64,000 nt of DNA from Schmidtea polychroa. Taxonomy: Eukaryota. How positions within the stretch are numbered: position 1 is the first letter of the stretch; each line of letters opens with the position of its first letter. The notes under the pieces are model-generated. The model was not told the DNA's origin and made no database searches. It was given only the letters and a program-made list of their open reading frames with translations. This document shows positions 49,223 to 60,100 of the stretch, one piece after another. The DNA lies in contig CM097886.1 of NCBI GenBank assembly GCA_044892525.1, positions 73,904,001 through 73,968,000 on the forward strand, in the 5' to 3' direction. Both the position numbers and the translations under genes were made by a program.

Positions 49223-52200
49223 AGGTATGTGCCTGTATCAGCCTCAACGTCTACTGCATTGTCTGATGAGACTGATGCAGAATGCACTCTTGACACTTGT
49301 AATTTAAAAAGCTGGTTTACTGATGACGAGATTGACTATTATTTTGAAAGTCACATAAGTAACCGAAAGTTCGCGTTCATTAAATGCTACATTGTGAGTA
49401 TTTTATGCTCAAATATTTCAGAAGATATTGTTTCGATTCCCGAAAATGTTTTCGATGCTCGAATGATCTTGTGTCCTCTGAATATAAATAATTGTCATTG
49501 GATATTATTTGTTTACTGTAAAACGTCTTGTAGCTCTTACTATATTGACTCAATATTTAAAAATACAAAGAAGTTTGCAAATAAACAAAGTGTTTTTAAA
49601 ATTAATTATGTATTAAATAACAAATTTAATCTTAATAATAAAATAGTAGATAACCCTCATAAAGATTTGGAATATCAAAATAATGATTTTGATTGTGGTC
49701 CTTTCATATGCGCTTATGCAATGATAGTTTGTAAAGAATGGGACATTTTTCCTACTAATTTTATTTTTAATATTAGGAAAGAAATTCGTACATTTCAATC
49801 TAGCCAATTGATTTATAACACTAAAGTTTCAGGGGGTGGAATTTCAAAAAATCATTTTCTAAATGGAATTAATTTTAAAAAAGCAATTGCTTTAAAAAAG
49901 AATCATCCAAATAATAATATTGTAAAACCAATAAAACTTACCAATGTAAAAGCTTGTGTGTCGACCTTATTGAAAATGTGGTTTGAATCTAATTCAAGGA
50001 TCATGGTTCTTTCTCCAGAATTGACAATGAATCTGATTACTCAAAATAATGTCTATATTATAGAAAATGTTTCTTTTAAACAATTTAAGGATATTGACTT
50101 GATTATCGGTATTATTCCAAATGAAAATTATTGGTGCCTTTTCCTTTGTTCAATTAGACTTGGTTTCAGCTACATTTTTGACGTTCGATCTGAAACTATC
50201 AATGATAGACTGATGGGAATTGGAGAAAATATCACAGATTACTTGAATAAATTTATGCTAGATAAGAATATTAAACTTCAACGAAATCATAGTCTTTTCC
50301 GATTTTCATTCTTTTCCGATGATCCAATAGTTCATGCTTCATCTTTCTTATTGTTTCTGGAAGAATATAATTCTGGAAATATATTGAATAGAGAAAAAGT
50401 AGTTGAAAGACTTGAAACGATGCAATCTAAAATAAATAATAAAGTTGCAATAAATTTAAATTTAATAAATTGTAAAGTTTCTGATGATATTTTAACAAAT
50501 TATTTCAATAATTTAAATTTATCTGAAAATTTCATATTTTTAAATAGTACAATGTGCATTGCAATAATAGACAATTGCACTCAATATTTAAATGACTTTT
50601 TAAATACTGATCAACTTATGAAAGCGCAAATTGTATTTGCAATTATTGCCCCACCAAAATCTCAGCAAATCTTGTTTGTCATCGACTACAACACTGATGA
50701 ACATTATTTACTTAATCCTTCAACTTTAGAGTTAAATATTCCCTACTTATTCCCTGCGAATGATTTATTAAATAAAATCAATGAAATTAGAGAAACTCCT
50801 GGTCTTTGCAGTAAAGCTGGAAACTGTCCTCATGATGTACGTGGTTCTGGTCTTGTTAGTAGAGTTCTCATCTGTGCCTTTATGAAACATTACGCTTTAG
50901 ATTTATCTCTTGAAAACATAAATTTACATGATATTGGAGGTGTGATTAATTCTTTATTGCCAACTGTAAAAGAAATTGAACAGTGTCCTAGTAAGACGGT
51001 GCCTGCTGATAAAGAAATTGTGAAGATGAAAATTAAAGAGCGCATTTTGTGGATAAATAAACATTTGATTACATTACGAAATGCAAGTGTTGATAAGATA
51101 AGTGATTTTATTAAGGATAATATTGTAAATAATAAAGTATCAAGTTCGAATAAGATTAGAAGACCATATTTAGGGAATAAATTCAATAAAAATGTACAAA
51201 ATAAAATAAAATTACGTACATCATTTAATACCCACATGAAAATGACTGTAAATAAAATTTTAATTAATGACGAAATAAATGATCGACCAACCATTAGAGA
51301 TCATATTGTCCATTTTAGTCATCGTGATCCGATTATAAGAAATTATGATAATATTTTAAAATATGGTGTACAATCTTTTAATATTCTAACGGTTGAACCT
51401 ATCGATGAGGATGAAGTGTTGTCTGAATTAAAAAGAGCTGATAACACATCTCCTGGACTTGATGGAATTAAATATAACGATATTGCAATTCTTGATCCAC
51501 AAGGTAAATTGTTGACACTTCTCTTTAATAAAATCCTGATCGATAATACTGTTCCTGATGTTTGGAAATCATTTAAAACATTAATGATTCCAAAACCTGA
51601 CAAGAGTGATAAATATAGTTTAATATCTTCTTGGCGACCTATTGCATTATTGTCGGTAGTTTATAAATTATTTGCGTCAATTTTAGCTAGGCGTCTTACA
51701 TCGTGGGTAAAATTGAATAATCTTCTTCACGTTGGACAAAAAGGGGGTTCTGTACACGATGGATGTGTTGAACACAATTCTATACTTTCATCTTGTCTTG
51801 AACATTCCAAATATAGTAAAGATATGCCAATCGCTATTGCATTTCTTGACATTAAGGACGCTTTTGGCAGTGTACCCCATGACTACATGTGGTGTATTTT
51901 GCGACATATTGGAGTTGGTGAAGATTTCACAAATATTTTGAAGCTTTTGTATACAGAAACAAGTTCTTTCTATACTTGTGGACCTATTGAAACACCGAAC
52001 ATTGCGATTAAACAGGGTGTTAAACAAGGGTGCCCTCTTTCAATGATTTTGTTTGCAATAGCAATCAATCCTGTTCTTCAAGCTGTTAGTCTTTCAAATA
52101 TAGATTCTTTTAAAATTCGTGAATCTTCAATTCAAGTTCTTGCATATGCTGATGATATAGCTCTTATTGCCAATAATGCTACTGACTTACAAAAGATAAT

Positions 52201-53782
52201 AAACATTGCTTTCAATACTGCTTCAGAAATAGGCTTTGAATATCGACCAGAAAAGTGTGCGTACATCGAACTACCAAATAGTGTAAACCTTAGTGAAATA
52301 ACAATTGATAACATTAACATCAAAAAATTACTAATCAAAGAGTTCTATCAATATCTTGGGGTACCGGTTGGTGAAGAACATGACCAGAGTCCTTATGAAA
52401 TTCTTGATCAGGTAGTCAGTGATGCGAAAAGACTTGCTGATTCAGACTTGTACGGTTGGCAAAAGCTGAAAGCTTACAAAATATTTCTTCACTCTCGTCT
52501 AATTTTCCCATTTAGAACTAGAGAAATTAAAGTTAGTGCTCTTTCTGCAAATAGTGGTAACAGTACAACAAAACTTCGCAGTCACTTGAGAAAGATGATG
52601 AATTTGTCTGGTCATTCTGAAATCAGTTACTTTTACAATTCTATTGAAAATGGAGGCGCATCTTGTACTGATCTTCTTGATGAATATCACACACAAACTA
52701 TAAGTCATTTCTTTAGACTTTTTACATCAAAATGTGATTTTACTAAACAGATAAATATAGACTCTTTAAAATATGTCACTGGGTCTCGACTTGATAAAAC
52801 TGACCCTACACTTCAGGAAAGCTTTAATTGGATTAATGGTGCTGAACAGATTCGACATCACTCTGGCACAAAAACTCGTTTTCGTCGACCACGAACAGCC
52901 ATACAGTTTTTTCAAAGAACACATAATATTACAATATCTTTTGAAGTGTTGGATGATGAACCTGTTCTTCGCTTTACAACAATTTCGAATGGAACATTCA
53001 TGTTGACTAGCAAAGATAGAAGTATGATCTCGAAAGTTTTTCACCTTGCTCTCTATGATTCGTATTTCACTAAATGGAAAAATAGTAACATAAGTGGATC
53101 TCTAGCATTTTCTCTGTCACCTAATATTAACAAAGCAATTTTTAAAGGAGAATTAAGTGAAGCTCCATGGAAATTCATTCATCGAGCTAGAACTAATACA
53201 TTGGCCAATTTTGCAAAACCTTACAGACAACTTGAGAATCAAACGTGTAGACGATGTCATGATGAACCGGAAACTTTGCCACATGTTTTGCAAACTTGTA
53301 AGGTCCATCAAACTCTTGCACTTAATCGTCACAACGATTGCCTCCAACAGATAGTTCACCATTTGAAAGACCCTTCACTCATTGTTGTTGTAGATCACAT
53401 TTGTTCCTTGGTACCAAATTCTAAAGAACGTGTTGACTTGATTATAACAAACAATAGTAAAAAGACAATTTATATGGTTGACATCAAATGTCCGTTTGAT
53501 TCGCTAGTGACATTTGATAATGTAAATAATAAAAATTTAGCAAAATATGATTCTTTGAAAAAGGAAATACAAGCTGTAAAACCTAATTTCACTGTGGAAC
53601 TTCATACTTGTATTATTGGTTCCATTGGATCAGTTCCCCCAGTAACGTATGATCTGCTTAAAAAAATAGGTGTTTCGGATGGTAAAATACATGGATTATT
53701 GAAAGCATGTGCATTAAATAATATAACGCACTCTGCTAAAATATGGCATTTTCATGCGACTGGCATGCTTCCAGATCATTAA
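49223..53782 (+). CDS. Retrotransposon ORF2: Ulp1-like cysteine protease(s), reverse transcriptase, CCHC finger, RLE endonuclease (copy A)
   Basis: WFTDDEIDYY, NCHW, YIDS, QNNDFDCG; SPGLDGI, WRPIALL, FLDIKDAFGSV, GVKQGCPLS, LAYADD, YLG; CRRCHDEPETLPHVLQTC, RHN, RVDLI...VDIKCPF. The frame is open from the codon after the ORF1 stop; the track's 'M' at 49229 is a GTG. Confidence 0.95.
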   Translation, partial: RYVPVSASTSTALSDETDAECTLDTCNLKSWFTDDEIDYYFESHISNRKFAFIKCYIVSILCSNISEDIVSIPENVFDARMILCPLNINNCHWILFVYCKTSCSSYYIDSIFKNTKKFANKQSVFKINYVLNNKFNLNNKIVDNPHKDLEYQNNDFDCGPFICAYAMIVCKEWDIFPTNFIFNIRKEIRTFQSSQLIYNTKVSGGGISKNHFLNGINFKKAIALKKNHPNNNIVKPIKLTNVKACVSTLLKMWFESNSRIMVLSPELTMNLITQNNVYIIENVSFKQFKDIDLIIGIIPNENYWCLFLCSIRLGFSYIFDVRSETINDRLMGIGENITDYLNKFMLDKNIKLQRNHSLFRFSFFSDDPIVHASSFLLFLEEYNSGNILNREKVVERLETMQSKINNKVAINLNLINCKVSDDILTNYFNNLNLSENFIFLNSTMCIAIIDNCTQYLNDFLNTDQLMKAQIVFAIIAPPKSQQILFVIDYNTDEHYLLNPSTLELNIPYLFPANDLLNKINEIRETPGLCSKAGNCPHDVRGSGLVSRVLICAFMKHYALDLSLENINLHDIGGVINSLLPTVKEIEQCPSKTVPADKEIVKMKIKERILWINKHLITLRNASVDKISDFIKDNIVNNKVSSSNKIRRPYLGNKFNKNVQNKIKLRTSFNTHMKMTVNKILINDEINDRPTIRDHIVHFSHRDPIIRNYDNILKYGVQSFNILTVEPIDEDEVLSELKRADNTSPGLDGIKYNDIAILDPQGKLLTLLFNKILIDNTVPDVWKSFKTLMIPKPDKSDKYSLISSWRPIALLSVVYKLFASILARRLTSWVKLNNLLHVGQKGGSVHDGCVEHNSILSSCLEHSKYSKDMPIAIAFLDIKDAFGSVPHDYMWCILRHIGVGEDFTNILKLLYTETSSFYTCGPIETPNIAIKQGVKQGCPLSMILFAIAINPVLQAVSLSNIDSFKIRESSIQVLAYADDIALIANNATDLQKIINIAFNTASEIGFEYRPEKCAYIELPNSVNLSEITIDNINIKKLLIKEFYQYLGVPVGEEHDQSPYEILDQVVSDAKRLADSDLYGWQKLKAYKIFLHSRLIFPFRTREIKVSALSANSGNSTTKLRSHLRKMMNLSGHSEISYFYNSIENGGASCTDLLDEYHTQTISHFFRLFTSKCDFTKQINIDSLKYVTGSRLDKTDPTLQESFNWINGAEQIRHHSGTKTRFRRPRTAIQFFQRTHNITISFEVLDDEPVLRFTTISNGTFMLTSKDRSMISKVFHLALYDSYFTKWKNSNISGSLAFSLSPNINKAIFKGELSEAPWKFIHRARTNTLANFAKPYRQLENQTCRRCHDEPETLPHVLQTCKVHQTLALNRHNDCLQQIVHHLKDPSLIVVVDHICSLVPNSKERVDLIITNNSKKTIYMVDIKCPFDSLVTFDNVNNKNLAKYDSLKKEIQAVKPNFTVELHTCIIGSIGSVPPVTYDLLKKIGVSDGKIHGLLKACALNNITHSAKIWHFHATGMLPDH

Positions 53783-54328
53783 ATAAATATTAATTAAATT
53801 TTGCTATCATTATCGGAATTGTTTGAATTGTGAGTTGTTGTTTTCTTTTTCAATGGTCTTATCATGATTACTTTGATAATTATAAACATTTCACAAGTCT
53901 GTCCATCAGAACAGCAAATCTTCCTATTATTCTAGTGAAATAAAGACAATTGAATTTAAATCCTGCCTGATGATTGATAGCTGCAGTGACATTCTGAGGA
54001 ACTCAAAACCAAGAAATCATGAAAGCTGTCTAGATTCAAAGAATGACTTCAATTATAATGTCAACAGTCAAAATATTCAAATCTGTTTTTTCAACTCAGT
54101 CCCTCCAAGAAAGTTGAAATTGCAATGCCGGCACAGATGACCGATGAAAATCAGAATAGCCAGAGAAAATTCAATGAGTGAAACAATATTGAGACAAATA
54201 TTTCCCAAAAATGATATATTAGTTGAAAAATTGTCTCTCTGGCGAAGAAACTCATGAATGGCGGATTCCAAGCAGAATCATCTCATTATCAAAATATAAA
54301 AAAACTTGTTATAATAATAAATGTTTAA

Positions 54329-54400
54329 ACTCAAGTGCTAACTTACGCTGGGTGTTCTGGTCTCCGAATGGAGGCGTGGGTTCAAATCCCACTTCTGACA
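54329..54400 (+). pseudogene. 3' part of tRNA-Leu(CAA), interrupted
   Basis: Same junction tttaa|ACTCAAG. Confidence 0.95.
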
Positions 54401-54544
54401 TATTTTTTTTCATTGTCATTTTACAAATAATGTTCTTGTTTTCTCATAGAATTGGTGTTTGAGTTTTTGAAAAAACTCTAAATCAAATGTTTCCATGTTT
54501 AGATAATTGACATTTTTTAAAAATAAAATCAAAAACATCAAACA

Positions 54545-54615
54545 TGCATCGGCCGGGAATCGAACCCGGGTCGCCCGCGTGGCAGGCGAGCATTCTACCA
54601 CTGAACCACCGATGC
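54545..54615 (-). tRNA. tRNA-Gly(GCC)
   Basis: Identical to 46612-46682. Confidence 0.97.
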
Positions 54616-54849
54616 TACGAGAATAAAGTCATTTTGCATTTCTACTAATTCAACAATTCAAATTCAATATCGAAAGGATAGGGCATTTGCAATTATCAAA
54701 TCAAATTCAAAAATAACAAAATAAAAACAATCTCCCTTTTTTGATTTAGGAAATTTTATTATGAAAGTCTAACAAAAATTGTCAACAACTTTTCCAGATT
54801 TAATTTTAAATAACAAAAGTGGAGAGATTGTCAATGACAAGGAAAAATT

Positions 54850-54921
54850 AGGTCCCACCGAGATTTGAACTCGGGTCGCTGGATTCAGAGTCCAGAGTGC
54901 TAACCGCTACACCATGGGACC
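54850..54921 (-). tRNA. tRNA-Gln(CTG)
   Basis: Identical to 46917-46988. Confidence 0.97.
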
Positions 54922-54995
54922 ACATTTAGAGATTATTTCCAAACAGGAATATCAAACAATCGAAAACTTGTCAACAACTTCAATCACACACCGAA

Positions 54996-57155
54996 ATGAC
55001 GCAATCTAATCAACGTGAATTGCATAAGGAATTGCATAATGGAGAAATGAATCAGTTGGAATATTTTTCTCTTCTCCGAAATCAAATCCAATCAAATCAA
55101 ACGTTGCTGGAATCAATCGTGGAACCATCTATGCTTTTACATTATGAAGATTTGTCAAGAAAATTTAGTCTGATGGAGAAGAATTTCAACTTGTTAAAAT
55201 GTAAGATTGATTTGATTTTTGATAAGTTAAATGATAGTTCTTTTTTTGATGATTTTGGTAATGATTGTAAAATTAATTTAATTAATTCTCAAATTCAAAC
55301 TGAATCAACAAATGATTTAACGCAGGTTATTAAGGAATCATTTGTTGATACAGTTATTAACGATCCTAAACATTTAAATAAAAAAAAGTTTAAAACTATT
55401 AATGTTAAAGAATCATTTAGGAAAGAAAATTTTAACTTTGATTCTTTTCCACAAATTTTGGAAAAGAGTCAAAGAAGAATTTTCATTAATAAATTTCCAC
55501 ATTTTAAAAATTTATTAAAATTAAAAAACTCAAAATATAAGGATGATACTATTAATAATGAAATTTCCTTAATTAATAAATCGGATTTGGGTTTTAAAAT
55601 TGGCGATAAGGACAAATTCTTTTATCGAAATGGCAATTTTTGCATTTCGATAAAATTAAATAAGAATGATAAAGTTAAGGTTGATGTTCAGGGCGATAGG
55701 AATAAGAAATCACAAATAATAAATAAAACTTTGATTTCTAATATTATTAATTTTAATCTTAGTAATTCAAAATTGATTTCTCCTCCTTTAGCGATAAGAA
55801 AGTTTTTATTTGCTCTTTCTACAAAACTTTCTGATACTGTTAATATTAAAAACGAAATTCATAAGGGTTCTGTTATTAATAAAGCTCTTAATAGTTTAAA
55901 ATCAGAAAATCAGCTACCAGACTTTCTTGTGAAATCCGATTTAAGATATATTGATGGTGACTTTTTTATGAGGGATCTTCTTACTTTAGGAAATGTCGAT
56001 AATGATTCTTTAAGCATAGGATCATCAATTTTGACAAGGAAACAAGTAGAAAGACTTTATATAGATTTCCCAGAAATTAGGGAAATGTTTTTTGTTGAAA
56101 ACATTTCTAAAAATCCTGATAAATTAATTAATTTAATAAATTACTTAAAGTTAAATAAAGAATTTCCTAATGATATTTCTTTTTCTGAAGGTAAATTTAT
56201 TAGTGCTCATAAATCTAAGAAAATAGAACCTGACTTGAACAATGCTTCTGACATAATGTTTAATCTTGGGTTATTCGATTTAATTGAAGTATCTAAAAAC
56301 GATATTGAATTTGATAGAATTTTATCACTACCTGTATCTTCGACTAAAATTGTAGAAATAATTTTCCATCTCAACTATTTGAAGTTGAAGGATGATATTA
56401 AATATTCTAGTAACATAACTTATGGTAATTATGTTTTAAACTATTTCCGTAATGTTTTACTCCTTCATTCTATAATTGATCGTGCACAGTGCAACTCGTT
56501 GACAATTGATTCTCTTGAAATATGGGCTTCTGAATTAATTGATAAAATTCCTTCTAATTCTTATTTTAAAATTAGTTGTCAAGAGAAGTTAATAAAATAT
56601 AAAAAGTGGTTACTGACTGGTGAAATCGATAAGTTAAAAAATATAATTTCACCCGATACAATTAAAAGAATAAATATATTTCTAAATTTATTTAATAAAT
56701 CATTTATCGAAAAAGTTGACCGGTTGAATAATATAAACTCGTTACTTGCTCACATCAATGATTTTCGTTCTGAAAATAGTGATAATATTACAATTAAAGC
56801 TAGAAGATTATTATATTTCGTAATTAGAGATAAGAAAAAGTTTCTAATTAAAAATAGAAATGACTTCCAGATACCAATGAAATGTCGAAAACTCTGTAGT
56901 ATAGAAATGAGCTTGGTTATCTTTGATCTTATCGATTCTCTTGAAACTCTGATAGCTTGCAAAGAACCATCTAACTCTGTCGAATCCACTGATAACTTTG
57001 ATATCTCTAATAAAGAAAAAATTTCGACTGTCGAAACTATCATTTTACCAACTGATATTGATGAGGATGCATCATGTTTGGAATCCAAAATTACAGATAG
57101 TAAAAAGATGATGACTAGAAATAATCTAAAATTGTCAAAGGCCACATCCAAGTGA
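54996..57155 (+). CDS. Retrotransposon ORF1 (copy B), 719 aa
   Basis: Homologous to 47063-49222. Confidence 0.85.
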   Translation: MTQSNQRELHKELHNGEMNQLEYFSLLRNQIQSNQTLLESIVEPSMLLHYEDLSRKFSLMEKNFNLLKCKIDLIFDKLNDSSFFDDFGNDCKINLINSQIQTESTNDLTQVIKESFVDTVINDPKHLNKKKFKTINVKESFRKENFNFDSFPQILEKSQRRIFINKFPHFKNLLKLKNSKYKDDTINNEISLINKSDLGFKIGDKDKFFYRNGNFCISIKLNKNDKVKVDVQGDRNKKSQIINKTLISNIINFNLSNSKLISPPLAIRKFLFALSTKLSDTVNIKNEIHKGSVINKALNSLKSENQLPDFLVKSDLRYIDGDFFMRDLLTLGNVDNDSLSIGSSILTRKQVERLYIDFPEIREMFFVENISKNPDKLINLINYLKLNKEFPNDISFSEGKFISAHKSKKIEPDLNNASDIMFNLGLFDLIEVSKNDIEFDRILSLPVSSTKIVEIIFHLNYLKLKDDIKYSSNITYGNYVLNYFRNVLLLHSIIDRAQCNSLTIDSLEIWASELIDKIPSNSYFKISCQEKLIKYKKWLLTGEIDKLKNIISPDTIKRINIFLNLFNKSFIEKVDRLNNINSLLAHINDFRSENSDNITIKARRLLYFVIRDKKKFLIKNRNDFQIPMKCRKLCSIEMSLVIFDLIDSLETLIACKEPSNSVESTDNFDISNKEKISTVETIILPTDIDEDASCLESKITDSKKMMTRNNLKLSKATSK

Positions 57156-60100
57156 AGGTATGTGCCTGTATCAGCCTCAACGTCTACTGCATTGTCTGAT
57201 GAGACTGATGCAGAATGCACTCTTGACACTTGTAATTTAAAAAGCTGGTTTACTGATGACGAGATTGACTATTATTTTGAAAGTCACATAAGTAACCGAA
57301 AATTCGCGTTCATTAAATGTTACATTGTGAGTATTTTATGCTCAAATATTTCAGAAGATATTGTTTCGATTCCCGAAAATGTTTTCGATGCTCGAATGAT
57401 CTTGTGTCCTCTGAATATAAATAATTGTCATTGGATATTATTTGTTTACTGTAAAACGTCTTGTAGCTCTTACTATATTGACCCAATATTTAAAAATACA
57501 AAGAAGTTTGCAAATAAACAAAGTGTTTTTAAAATTAATTATGTATTAAATAACAAATTTAATCTTAATAATAAAATAGTAGATAACCCTCATAAAGATT
57601 TGGAATATCAAAATAATGATTTTGATTGTGGTCCTTTCATATGCGCTTATGCAATGATAGTTTGTAAAGAATGGGACATTTTTCCTACTAATTTTATTTT
57701 TAATATTAGGAAAGAAATTCGTACATTTCAATCTAGCCAATTGATTTATAACACTAAAGTTTCAGGGGGTGGAATTTCAAAAAATCATTTTCTAAATGGA
57801 ATTAATTTTAAAAAAGCAATTGCTTTAAAAAAGAATCATCCAAATAATAATATTGTAAAACCAATAAAACTTACCAATGTAAAAGCTTGTGTGTCGACCT
57901 TATTGAAAATGTGGTTTGAATCTAATTCAAGGATCATGGTTCTTTCTCCAGAGTTGACAATGAATCTGATTACTCAAAATAATGTCTATATTATAGAAAA
58001 TGTTTCTTTTAAACAATTTAAGGATATTGACTTGATTATCGGTATCATTCCAAATGAAAATTATTGGTGCCTTTTCCTTTGTTCAATTAGACTTGGTTTC
58101 AGCTACATTTTTGACGTTCGATCTGAAACTATCAATGATAGACTGATGGGAATTGGAGAAAATATCACAGATTACTTGAATAAATTTATGCTAGATAAGA
58201 ATATTAAACTTCAACGAAATCATAGTCTTTTCCGATTTTCATTCTTTTCCGATGATCCAATAGTTCATGCTTCATCTTTCTTATTGTTTTTGGAAGAATA
58301 TAATTCTGGAAATATATTGAATAGAGAAAAAGTAGTTGAAAGACTTGAAACGATGCAATCTAAAATAAATAATAAAGTTGCAATAAATTTAAATTTAATA
58401 AATTGTAAAGTTTCTGATGATATTTTAACAAATTATTTCAATAATTTAAATTTATCTGAAAATTTCATATTTTTAAATAGTACAATGTGCATTGCAATAT
58501 TAGACAATTGCACTCAATATTTAAATGACTTTTTAAATACTGATCAACTTATGAAAGCGCAAATTGTATTTGCAATTATTGCCCCACCAAAATCTCAGCA
58601 AATCTTGTTTGTCATCGACTACAACACTGATGAACATTATTTACTTAATCCTTCAACTTTAGAGTTAAATATTCCCTACTTATTTCCTGCGAATGATTTA
58701 TTAAATAAAATCAATGAAATTAGAGAAACTCCTGGTCTTTGCAGTAAAGCTGGAAACTGTCCTCATGATGTACGTGGTTCTGGTCTTGTTAGTAGAGTTC
58801 TCATCTGTGCCTTTATGAAACATTACGCTTTAGATTTATCTCTTGAAAACATAAATTTACATGATATTGGAGGTGTGATTAATTCTTTATTGCCAACTGT
58901 AAAAGAAATTGAACAGTGTCCGGTTAAGACGGTGCCTGCTGATAAAGAAATTGTGAAGATGAAAATTAAAGAGCGCATTTTGTGGATAAATAAACATTTG
59001 ATTACATTACGAAATGCAAGTGTTGATAAGATAAGTGATTTTATTAAGGATAATATTGTAAATAATAAAGTATCTAGTTCGAATAAGCTTAGAAGACCAT
59101 ATTTAGGGAATAAATTCAATAAAAATGTACAAAATAAAATAAAATTACGTACATCATTTAATACTCACATGAAAATGACTGTAAATAAAATTTTAATTAA
59201 TGACGAAATAAATGATCGACCAACCATTAGAGATCATATTGTCCATTTTAGTCATCGTGATCCGATTATAAGAAATTATGATAATATTTTAAAATATGGT
59301 GTACAATCTTTTAATATTCTAGCGGTTGAACCTATCGATGAAGATGAAGTGTTGTCTGAATTAAAAAGAGCTGATAACACATCTCCTGGACTTGATGGAA
59401 TTAAATATAATGATATTGCAATTCTTGATCCACAAGGTAAATTGTTGACACTTCTCTTTAATAAAATCCTGACCGATAATACTGTTCCTGATGTTTGGAA
59501 ATCATTTAAAACATTAATGATTCCAAAACCTGACAAGAGTGATAAATATAGTTTAATATCTTCTTGGCGACCTATTGCATTATTGTCGGTAGTTTACAAA
59601 TTATTTGCGTCAATTTTAGCTAGGCGTCTTACATCGTGGGTAAAATTGAATAATCTTCTTCACGTTGGACAAAAAGGGGGTTCTGTACACGATGGATGTG
59701 TTGAACACAATTCTATACTTTCATCTTGTCTTGAACATTCCAAATATAGTAAAGATTTGCCAATTGCTATTGCATTTCTTGACATTAAGGACGCTTTTGG
59801 CAGTGTACCCCATGACTACATGTGGTGTATTTTGCGACATATTGGAGTTGGTGAAGATTTCACAAATATTTTGAAGCTTTTGTATACAGAAACAAGTTCT
59901 TTCTATACTTGTGGACCTATTGAAACACCGAACATTGCGATTAAACAGGGTGTTAAACAAGGGTGCCCTCTTTCAATGATTTTGTTTGCAATAGCAATCA
60001 ATCCTGTTCTTCAAGCTGTTAGTCTTTCAAATATAGATTCTTTTAAAATTCGTGAATCTTCAATTCAAGTTCTTGCATATGCTGATGATATAGCTCTTAT

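Larger units (their letters stand above)
47044..54328 (+). mobile_element. Full-length RLE-type (NeSL/R2-group-like) non-LTR retrotransposon, copy A (7,285 bp)
   Basis: Sequence absent from the uninserted 733-bp tRNA units. It encodes ORF1, a Ulp1-like protease, RT, a CCHC finger and an RLE. No TSD and no poly(A) tail. Confidence 0.95.

Noticed and set aside
53783-54328. Open frame of about 85 codons, or a SECIS element, in the element 3' UTR
   Set aside because: There is no early ATG, and the frame is interrupted by a stop in copy B. I could not identify a SECIS-like structure by eye.
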